From Eledone cirrhosa (Eukaryota), in assembly GCA_964016885.1 (NCBI GenBank), contig OZ024742.1:255750001-255814000 (forward strand): a DNA stretch of 64,000 nt. The letters are read 5' to 3'. The position numbers were made by a program, and so were the translations under genes. Each line of letters starts with the position of its first letter. Position 1 is the first letter of the stretch. Under the pieces are notes generated by a model. That model had not been told where the DNA came from. It did no database searches and saw only the letters and a list, made by a program, of their open reading frames with translations. Shown piece after piece: positions 53,500-64,000 of the stretch.

Positions 53500-53878
53500 T
53501 AGTAAAAGGAAAAGAAAATACTTACAAATTTTTCACAGTGAAAAATAGTTTAATTAGGAACAAGTGTAAATTAGTAATAAGTATTGCTTAGTATTCAGTT
53601 TTAGTTTTAAGTTTTTACCGGTTGCGCATTTCTAATGGTTTTGAAAAATAACTTTGAGATAGAACGCTCGTGATGTTTGCTCTAATCTGATTAGAGCAAA
53701 CATTACCAGCGCTCTATCTCAAAATTATTTTTCAAAACCATTAGAAATGCGCAACCGGTAAAAACTTAAAACTAAAACTGAATACTAACCAATACTTATT
53801 ACTAATTAATACTTATTCCTAATTAAACTATTTTTCACTGGGAATAATTTGTCACCATTTTCTTTTCCTTTTAATAAT

Positions 53879-53880
<2 letters not shown>
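53500..53880. repeat. Inverted dimer of the 5500-5702 repeat family
   Basis: 53500-53685 is the reverse complement of 53694-53875. Confidence 0.85.
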
Positions 53881-53947
<67 letters not shown>

Positions 53948-53965
53948 ATACATACATACACACAC

Positions 53966-54017
<52 letters not shown>

Positions 54018-54019
<2 letters not shown>

Positions 54020-54525
54020 AAAAAATGGAATTTCATTTCTCACTCTTAGCACGGCCATACTTAAATATAAGTATGTATACGTAGATACATATATTTATAC
54101 AGACATACAGTAGTATGTATATACATACAATCACACATATATATATATGTAAGTATGGGTTTACCGAATATTTATTATAATGCTCGGTTTGTTTGTAAAC
54201 AAACAGCCCAAATTAAGCCGTACAGTGTTCGGCAACCATTGTTGCCGTTTTGTTAACACTGACAAAGGAACGATGAACTAGTTTCTAGCTTATTAGCTGT
54301 CATCAGCTACGTGTACCTTCCTGTCAGTCGATCGAACGTTTGAATGTATATACTTTCCTTATGCATATTAACGGCTGAGCCGCCTAATTTGCATATCGAG
54401 TGAGTTAGTCGGCCGAACGTACCGAAAACGATAAATGGAAAAAATGAAATTTAATTTCTCACTCTTAGTACGGCTGATACTTAAATATAAGTATGTATAC
54501 GTACATATATATATGTATACAGATG
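54018..54525 (-). mobile_element. Second retrozyme-like family, 1.2 monomers (about 419 bp)
   Basis: ggaaaaaatg.aattt.atttctcactcttag.acggc..atacttaaatataagtatgtatacgta at 54018 and 54437; internal HHR on the minus strand. Confidence 0.75.
54270..54312 (-). ncRNA. Minimal type I hammerhead ribozyme motif (imperfect stem I)
   Basis: Minus strand: acgtag-CTGATGA-c agct aata agct a-GAAA-ctag-TT-catcgt. Confidence 0.7.
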
Positions 54526-54785
54526 TGTATCCTAGATGTGTGTATTACCTCCTTATGTGTTGTATGTTGTCCTAGATGTATGTGTTACCTGATTATGTGT
54601 TGTATGTGGTCCTAGATGTTTGTATTACCTGATTATATGTTGTACGTGGTCCTAGATGTGTGTGCTATCTCTTTATGTGTTGCCTGTGGTCCTAGATGTG
54701 TGTATTACCTGCTTATGTGTTGTATGTGGTCCTACATGTGTGTATTATTTGATTATGTATTGTATGTCGACCTACATGTGCGTGC
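54525..54785. repeat. 41-bp minisatellite, about 6 units
   Basis: tcctagatgtgtgtattacctg.ttatgtgttgtatgtgg repeated. Confidence 0.9.
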
Positions 54786-55279
54786 TATCCGCTTCAGTGT
54801 TTTTTTAATTTTTTTTATTTGAAATATTATTTATACAATAGGGAATAAAATAGATCTATTTAGTGTTAACTCGTTGCTGTTGAGTCAATAATTTCAGACA
54901 TGAAATACATTGTTATCGGTGAAGAAATGACAAGATTCTAATTGGCTGCATTCAGAGTGTCCTTGACCCAGTTGACTGTGAGTTTTTCCACTTTTAGGAT
55001 CTCAATTATCGGTTAATGTCTAGACACACCTGCACACCTGCACACAGCTGCGGTCAGACCATAGGTATGCTATCTCCATACTCATTCAAATGCATTCACA
55101 CTGGCTGTTTCAAAGACATACACATATGGCTTATAAAACTTACCAAAGTAAAGAGCCTTCCAGCGCCCCCTAGGGTCCCCAACAAATGCAAACGTCCCCC
55201 AACGCCCCCTTGGTCCGAAACGCTCCCCTAGAGTTCCGAAACGCCCTCCGGGGGTGCATATGCCCTCCCCCCGTTGTGA

Positions 55280-57370
55280 ACTTTTCTCCTAAATAAAGCA
55301 TTAATAATGGCGAGGAAAACAATAATTAAATTTGAAGACCAACTATGGATCCGCAAGTACACACCCAACAACTTCGATATCACCATGGGATCTAGTGACT
55401 CGGCACAGGTCACCGACTTAGTCGCTCTATTTCTCTTAAACGAAATTCATAAGAACTTACCTTACCTCAACGGTTTCCTCTACCGAGACGACGCACTTTT
55501 CCTCTTAGACTATAAAAAGTTCAATATAGAAAGAAGTAGAAAACAATTACATAAAATATTTAAAAACTATAACTTAGGTATCACTTTAGATAAAAACACC
55601 AAAAATGTTAACTTCCTGGACGTCACTCTCTACTTAGACTCTAAAAAATACGCACCTTATCATAAACCTAATGAACAACTTTTCTATGTTAATACCAACT
55701 CTAACCACCCTAAATCTCTACTGACCTCAATCATTAAAGGGGTATCTAATAGAATCTCTAGCCTTTCTTACAACCAGAGTACATTTAATCTTAACTCCCA
55801 ATACTATAATGAAGCCTTAGCCCGTTCCGGCCATAGAGATGAAATTAAATTTAAACCTGAATCGTCAACCACCCATAGACAACCTGATATAATTTCCCAC
55901 AACATGGCCATGAATACAAGTAAATATGATCATAGTATTGAAAATCCTGATTCGTATACAAAGGGCACCATAAAAAAGTTAAATCACACCAAGGCAATAA
56001 TCCTAAGAACACCACAGAAAGAAAAATATAGATAAGAAGGAAACTAACACCACACTAAACAGTAGTATGAATGAGAACCATAAAAAGAATAGAAGTAGCA
56101 TATTTTTTAACCCTCCGTTCAACTTAAATGTATCAACAAACATACCTAAAGCTTTCTTCTCTACTCTAGACAAAAACTTCCCAACTAACCATAAATACCA
56201 CAACCTATTTAACAAAAAACACAATTAAAATATCCTACTCCACCACACCTAACATAGCAGACCATATAACCAGCACCAACAAGAGAAATATTAAAAAGTA
56301 CTTCAAATTACACAAAGTAATAATTGTTTCGACGTTTTGGCACAAGGCCAGTAATTACCCAGTACATTATTGGTACTTTATTTTATCGACATCGTAAGGA
56401 TGAAAGCAAAGTGAACCTCGGAAGTAATAATTCCCAGCATATAAATAACCTGAACAATAACACAGTACAAGACCATACAGCAAGTCACACTAATAATACC
56501 AATAATAATAATACTCACCATAATCATAATAGTAGAAGTAGAAACAGAAACAACCACTCAAATGCATACCCCCTTAACCAGTCTACTAGTTACCAAAACA
56601 ATTGTAATTGTAGGCCTAACAAGACATGTCCATTAAATAAGAACTGCCTAATTAAAGACATTGTCTACTCCGGTACTGTAACTGCTAATCACATCTCGAA
56701 AGTATATATAGGCTCAACATCGAATAGCTTTAAGACAAGATATAATTCACACCTTCATTCGTTCAGAATCCCTAAACTTACCAGCGTAACCTCACTATCC
56801 ACATAATGCCCTCATTAAAATCAAGTAACATACCATACACCTTAAAATGGGAAGTGATAGCTAAGGTCCCTTCATATAGACCACCTAACACATTTTGTAA
56901 CATTTGCATCCTCGAGTCTAAAAATATTATTTACTCGAAACTTAGCCTACTAAGTAGGAAATCCGAGATCTCATCCACGTGTCCACATTACCATAGATTC
57001 TCGTTCCACTACTTCAAACCTAGTAACTAATAATAATAATAATAAAAATAAAAATAAAGACCAATGTCGGAGATAGCACTAGACCACCACCTTTTAATTT
57101 ATCCAACTAGACCTTCATTTATCCAACTAGACCTTCATAAATATAGGACTACACCTTAATTAAAAGACCACACTGACCTACATACAGTCAATAAACCCCT
57201 TTTTGATCTATTACCTTATACAATTAAAATATTTAAATAATGTAGACACTCTAATAAACTCTCAATAAACAACACCAACTAAATAGCAGACAACTGTGTA
57301 TATAACTCCATTTACTCCAGTATATATTATGCAACTCAGTATCCTGTCATAAAAAAACTTCAACTATCTC
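55280..57370 (+). mobile_element. 5'-truncated Hydra-clade-like PLE (RT, CxCx5C, GIY-YIG)
   Basis: ORF 55307-56035 FDITMGSSDSAQVTDLV, LYRDDAL; CNCRPNKTCPLNKNCL..DIVY...VYIGSTSNSFKTRY; CNICILE, CPH. Confidence 0.92.
56326..56421 (-). mobile_element. 5'-truncated SINE inserted in the PLE linker, 11-bp TSD
   Basis: aagtaataatt at 56315-56325 and 56422-56432. Confidence 0.88.
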
Positions 57371-59347
57371 TACACAATCTGTATGTATGTATATATATAT
57401 ATATATTTGTGTGTGCGTATGTATATGCATATGTGTGTGTATATATATATGTATATATATATGCATTCTCACACATATGTATATACCTTATATTATATGT
57501 GCATATACTAACTATGTAAAAACTATCTAGTTATAATAAATAAACTAAATAAAAAAATGTTTTTAACCCCTTCCACACAAGTTTAAAAGATACCAATTAT
57601 ATAACCAATAATATTTTATATTTTATATAATCTATACAGATTTACAACACTACCACAATATTAAAACAACCCTTAATTTATCAACAACCTTTATTACCTC
57701 CCTTTGTTATTAACCCCCTTTACAACTTTATGTGTAAACTTATAAAAGTGAGCAGCATAACGGTTTACTAACAGCTTAATTATGGTTAATACAAACCCTA
57801 GAAAAGATAATTTGTAGATAAAAAATGCATAAAATAATATACCTAAAATAACAACATGGCCAGTAATTCGACGGAATTTACATTTAACAAACAAACACCT
57901 ATTGACTATAAACGACTCAAAATAATCCCATCGTTAATAGCTGTGAGTAACAGACAACACATACAAATAGATACGAACTACAACACAAAAACACTTAAAT
58001 GAAAATTACATACCCAACTCTATCACGTGTTTTGCATTACATTTTACATAACACATACCTACATTATCACCACATGCCTCGCTAACAAATTGCACACTAC
58101 ACTATCTTAAACATTTATAACAATTATAGCATGCTTTAACACCCCACACAAAATATGTTTATTTTGTGAAACAATATGAAATAAGGCGTCTTGCTGAAGA
58201 ACACAACGTAATTGTGTTTAGCCTACTAACCCCTAAGCTAAGGCACTACTTGTTTAGATAACAGGGCATTGGTTTGAATGACATGTGCTGGTTCTAAGTA
58301 ACTACGAACTCCGTAAATATGACATTAAATAAATTTCCGGTCATGTAGCATGAAGCTGAAATATGGACAGCTGGGAAACGTAAAATGTAAATGTTACTAA
58401 CCAACAACAACAGTTACTGTTTATTATCGAATGTTACATAGACAAGCCATTTAATTAAAAGTAAGGCAAAGGAAAAAATAATACATTATTCAGAAAGCGA
58501 GTATATCAATATAACAATCGATAATTTATTATTGTCTGTCGTTAACTGAAGTCATTATAGAGATATGGAACCTTTTCATAAACATAATATAGTTGATGGG
58601 AAATAATTTTAATATTCTAATAGAAAATTCAGCATGAAAAGAATGCTGAAAAAAATGATTTAATAAACCAGACAGCATAATTGCCTATATATTAAAAGCA
58701 ACAAACGAAATGCAGACCAGATATTGGAACCAAGTATACTCATTAACTAGCTTGATGTGCCAAATAGATAATGAATATTACATAATTATCGAGCAGTCTC
58801 CATATTTTGAGTAAATAACTGTCCATATATTTAGATTATATCTGAAATGAATCTATGTGTTGAGTTTCCATGATAGTTTTTCTCTGCCCAGGAGGAATAT
58901 CAGTGGAATAATCAAATCCTTTGTTGGTTGATCCGTTAGGCTACGTGAGAGACGTCCGTACTGTTTCAGTTTGTCAAGATATATCTAGGAATGTAATTTA
59001 TTTACTAAAACGTCTGAGTAGAGTGCCAATGGCTAAAAACGATAATATATACTAGCTAACAACTGCAGGTTAAAATGTTATGTATTGGCAAAAATCTCTT
59101 AGATTTAGAATTTCGTTAAATATTTTGCTTTGATGTTTAGTTCAAAAATAGGTATCGAATGGAAATGTTCAAAGGCAGCTTCATCGTCAGGTTCAAATTC
59201 AATTTAATATCTTGGCTGAAGTATCTGTTAATTACAGATCAGTGCTGGGATATATTTGAAAAGCCCCTCTGTTAATACAGGAAACATATTTATCACCTCA
59301 GTAGCACGTTTAAAGTGTTATAGACACGTTGATATAAATATATATAA

Positions 59348-59390
<43 letters not shown>

Positions 59391-59399
59391 TGTGTATGG

Positions 59400-59513
<114 letters not shown>

Positions 59514-61599
59514 TCATACATATAATTGTGTAACGACAGTGTATTTCCCTAAGGGCATGCAGTAAAATAAGTTAACACAACGTCTTACGGATCATTATTT
59601 CTGCTCACCTGCATTTGCCATGCAATATAGGAGTATATTCATACCAAAATAATTCCTGATCGTCACTCGCTGCAACTAATGCCACTGAATGTGATCATTA
59701 ATATTTCGTTACATTGCTTATATTATGGGATTGATTACATTAGGTATGTTGCCTTGACACTTTCCTAAATTTGTGCGTTTAATTTATGCAAATAAAGACT
59801 AAAAATATTCCATATTTCTTTCTTTATAATACGACTTGAAGCTTATAAAGTGGGAATAGATTACATCCTTATGTATACGACTCCAGAATATAACTTTGTT
59901 TATGTACATGTTTATGTAAACATGGAAATTATGCAGGAATGCCATGAATCATATATGTACCTATGAGTAATACGGGAACACCCGTTTAAACCGACGGATA
60001 TCTAACACAATGCCAAATGTTCCCTGTGTGGAGATGAGGTGTTTATAGGACAGTTATGTATCTGTAAAACAGGATAGTATATCTAGTTTCAATTGGGACT
60101 TTCCTTAGCATAAAGGATGGATCTCCATCGATTTCGACGAACAATGTTCTTGGTGTTCAACGGAACAAGTTTCTGAAATTAACGTGAATGTGACTGTGTA
60201 TTTAAAATGTACTTATAAACATAACGTAACTTTCAGGTAGATCAGTGTGACGCTGTATGTGAGAAGCCCACCATGTGTTATAGTATAAGTGCCTGAACAT
60301 TCGACAGAAACGTATACTCTTAAGGTAATTCTCAGGAAGATTCAGCATGAAACAAGACTGGTCATTTAAATTAAAAGTAAAGCCCATCTTGTATTATAGT
60401 GTAAGTGGCTGACAATTCCAAATACGTTATTCTTAAGACAATTCTCGAGGAGATTCAGCGTGAGGCAGTGTGTGAAATGGTTGGCACCTTCAGTGACAAG
60501 TACAGAACATACTGTATTTTCATATAAGTTGTTGAACATTAAACGGACAAGCGTAATTATAACATTGAATGTCAAGTACAATTCATCGGTCAAACTTCCA
60601 AACAGTTTTGGTTCACCGTGTAATTTCAAGGTGAACTGACAAACTTTGAAACATGTAGCTATATGAAACAGCGACGCAGCATGGACGCACATATATGGTT
60701 TTCTCTGAAAGCTGGGCATAGAAAAAATTAATATAAAACGCTTCTCTATTGTTATATGTTAAGAGGAATAACCATCACTTATTGCTTAAATCGGTATGAT
60801 ATAACTGCACTTAACGTTTTGTACGATCAAAACTGATATACCCACACAGCAACATTTTTCTTCAAGTTACTGAAATGCACATGGATATACATATATATAT
60901 ATATGTGTGTGTGTATACATATATATATACATATATATACATATATATATACATATATATACAATATATATGAATACATATATATATATATATATATATA
61001 TGTATAAATGAAAGTTAGAGTTAATAACTCATACTGAAACCCTGTAATTATATATATATATTCATATATATATATATATACACACACACAGAAACCCTCC
61101 ATATATATATGTATATATCGATTCGGTTTTTCCTCCTTTATCGATGTTTCGGCAGATTCATTAAAGTCAGGAAGGAGATCTCCGGAGATCTATGCTTTTA
61201 TATATTGTAACATTTATGAATCTAGTAAAATCTTAGAAGACTATGCATATTATTATATAAAGGAAGCTATTTGGTTTTATAATATGTTCTCTGAAATTGG
61301 AAAGCTTCAAAGAGCATTAAAGTGAAAGTGAAAGAGCATTAAAGTGAAAGAGTAAAAGCATATTGTACTCTTTGAATCACATAAAGTTACATAATTCATA
61401 TGAGGAACACATTTGGAAAGATGGATATCACCATTATATTCAATTCCTTTTACTGAACAACAAATTTCTTATATAGAAAGGCATGATCATCATGTAATCA
61501 CAATCTCTTGATTGTAGTATAAGCCAAACATATAGCAGTTTGTAGCACGAAATTTTAAGCAACAGTGGAGAGCACTAAAAATGTTCAAGCCTGTTCAAA

Positions 61600-61800
61600 G
61601 TCCAGTGGCGTATCAGTCCGGCATTTCTCATGCTTTCATTGGATTTCCCATTGAATAGGACGACACCTTTCAAAAGTATTGGTCTGATGTAAAGTGAGGT
61701 CTGTATCGACCAGGAAGCTTGATGCACCCGCCTTTCGTAGTTAATCCTTTTGATATCAACTTTCCGGAAACTGGCCTAGTTTGATGATACAAAACTGTTC
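61600..61800 (-). pseudogene. Possible mariner transposase remnant
   Basis: Minus-strand reading LPGRYRPHFTSDQYF loosely resembles HPPYSPDLAPSDY; heavily decayed. Confidence 0.25.
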
Positions 61801-62395
61801 ATCTTAAATATTTTCATAGTTATATTAAATCCTTCCACGACGCTTTTATTAAGAACCTTTTGTTAAGAGATGTTTCAAATAGCATCGTATTAGTTATCTC
61901 ATTAAATCCTTTATATTTCAAAATTTATTAATACACATCGGGTGTATATTTCATTAGAAAGACGGAAATGAAAGCGTTAAACGATGGTCATTTGATTTAG
62001 GCCCGTGCTAGAACCAATGTCACTTTCCTTCACAATCTTACAGTTTTGAAAAGAAAATCAAACATCTACAATTGGACTCATGAGCACATTCTCAATTCTA
62101 TCTGACAAGTCTATTTAGCCATTAGAATAATTAGATGTATGCTCCTTTAACGGAAGATTAAGAATCGGTTCGTACTTATGTCAAAGAGAATAAATTTTCA
62201 ATGCACCGAGCTTTTCCACGAGATAAATTAGAAGATGATCCTTTTCATGTTTTTACGAATACAGAAAGGCTAACATCAATGATAATTAAAATTTTAAGAT
62301 GTCAAATTTCCAAATAGCAAATTGTTGAATTATTTACAAATGTGATGCAAATGTAATGTTGCAGTATACGGAGATTACATATATAACATATAATA

Positions 62396-62460
<65 letters not shown>

Positions 62461-62989
62461 ACATACGAACATACACATAAACACACACATATACACACAC
62501 ACACATATATAGGTAGATAGATATAGAGAAATAGATAGCTAGCTAGCTAGATAGATATATAGATACAAGTATTGCCGATTTGGCTACAAGAAATGAACTT
62601 CTTTAAATTCAAAATGGCTGATTACAAGATGAATTTGAAAGTGAAATCCCTGTAAGGGCGGTTTTTTAAATTATGTAAGAGAATATCTAGAATGTGGCTT
62701 TAATTAAAATTCTCCTGATGGCTCTGTTTGATGGCTTCATTTAATGATTGACATTTCCGTTCAACCATTGTAGCGTTGAACGCTACTTATATTTAGCGTC
62801 AAGGCGAATGACTTAGTGGTTAGCATGTCCAACTCACGATCGTTATTTCGATTCGCGGTGGGGTGAATGACCCTTTGAGAATCAAACGTTCAGGAATATC
62901 ACTAAGAACTAGACATGAACATTTTGAATCATTAGTCGCCTGCACTATAATTACAAGATGTAAAGGTAAAGGTAAAGATAAGATTTGCA

Positions 62990-63240
62990 CATAGAAATTT
63001 CCCCACCGAGGCACAAGTCCAATGCATACCAATTTCTCATTTTTACGTCACACATATGGAAATGCAATGCTTGATATAGTTTGGCACCAGTAACATCACA
63101 ACTCATTCCGACAGCTGAGTAAACTGGAGCAAAGTAAATTAAAGTGTCTTGCTCAAGGACACAACACATCACCCGCTCCAGGAATTGATCTCACAACCAC
63201 ACGATTGCAAGCCAATTCTCACACTACTAAGCCATACGCA
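62990..63240 (-). mobile_element. CORE-type tRNA-derived SINE
   Basis: Minus strand: tggcttagtagt (A box), gagatcaattcc (B-box-like), tgttgtgtccttgagcaagacacttt (CORE-like). Confidence 0.75.
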
Positions 63241-63599
63241 TTCACATTACATAATGTATTGCACCAGTAATTCAAAGAAGCAGTCTTTTCACACACTAAA
63301 TCTCCTTGAATACTACGTTAAAGGTACACATTCTAAGAGCAGGCTTTTAGTTTACTCAAACACCTAGAACTCTTATCTAAAACACAACACAGCAATTTTA
63401 GATGGCAATTACTTTATCTAATGCTTACGTCACTACTTTACATGTCTCTTTTCTCTGACACTTATAGTTCCTCAACAATTAAAAGCATACAATATATAAT
63501 ACATAATGACGTCGTAGGGTACTTGTCATGAATCACCGTGTACCAGTTTTTTTCCATCTGATACTGTTGTCTTTTACATTTCAGGTTTTCGCCAGGGAT

Positions 63600-64000
63600 G
63601 TCCATATGTTTATGTTATATGCCTAAACAGCAGAATTTACGTGGTTTTGTATACTGTGGTTTTAAACCTACAACGGTTGTAAATGTTAAATACATAATGT
63701 TGAATGCACACACTTGCATGTTCTCCAGACTTCTCTCGATCCACAAAGAAACTAACGTTATGCCTCCATAAAAAAACAATAGATATATGTAGGTACATTT
63801 CCATAAGCAACTTAATTGTACATATGCCTTGAATAATACCTTGAATTGAGGAACCAATTGCTCCTGTGAAATGTGGTTACACAATATAGTTTTCGTCCAA
63901 TAACATGTCACAAATATGATTGCAAATGGGATATAATATTTATGCATTCGTTATTTCCTGAGATTCGTCCATTGACAATGCACTAAATCCAGAGGCAAAC
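63600..64000 (-). pseudogene. Possible decayed hAT transposase
   Basis: Minus-strand FSALSMDESQEITN resembles the first catalytic Asp block of hAT transposases; many stops and shifts. Confidence 0.3.

Noticed and set aside
61130-61185. Minus-strand HHR-like ctcctt..ctgact..GAAA..aaggag
   Set aside because: The core and stem III are defective; chance cannot be excluded.

Overview
AT-rich, microsatellite-saturated eukaryotic DNA made almost entirely of nested, mostly decayed transposable elements. I could not support any host protein-coding gene, and most ORFs in the track are (TA)n/(CA)n artefacts. The repeat spectrum suggests a mollusc, probably an octopod cephalopod, which is inference only. 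Recognisable content: three Penelope-like elements (PLEs) of Hydra-clade type (RT, plus a CxCx5C linker and C-terminal GIY-YIG in two of them); one Neptune-like PLE fragment; four R4/Dong-like RLE LINE pieces; two head-to-tail Tx1/L1 elements; a Buster-type hAT transposon with TIRs and an 8-bp TSD; and about 12 tRNA-derived SINEs. The most interesting signal is a set of type I hammerhead ribozyme (HHR) motifs, folded by eye. Clear ones lie at 4313, 11807, 19910, 20945, 21176, 53124 and 54270, and there are several variant-core candidates. Some sit in PLE termini. Others sit in short non-coding elements built as 1.x head-to-tail monomers (538 and 419 bp with HHR; 342, 582 and 405 bp without a clear one). 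All but the 405-bp one sit in (TA)n tracts, making them candidate circular-RNA retrozymes. Two further patterns: a Tx1 LINE and a SINE that share a similar 3' end and ATTAT target sites, and recurrent fold-back duplications of arbitrary sequence around (TA)n tracts.
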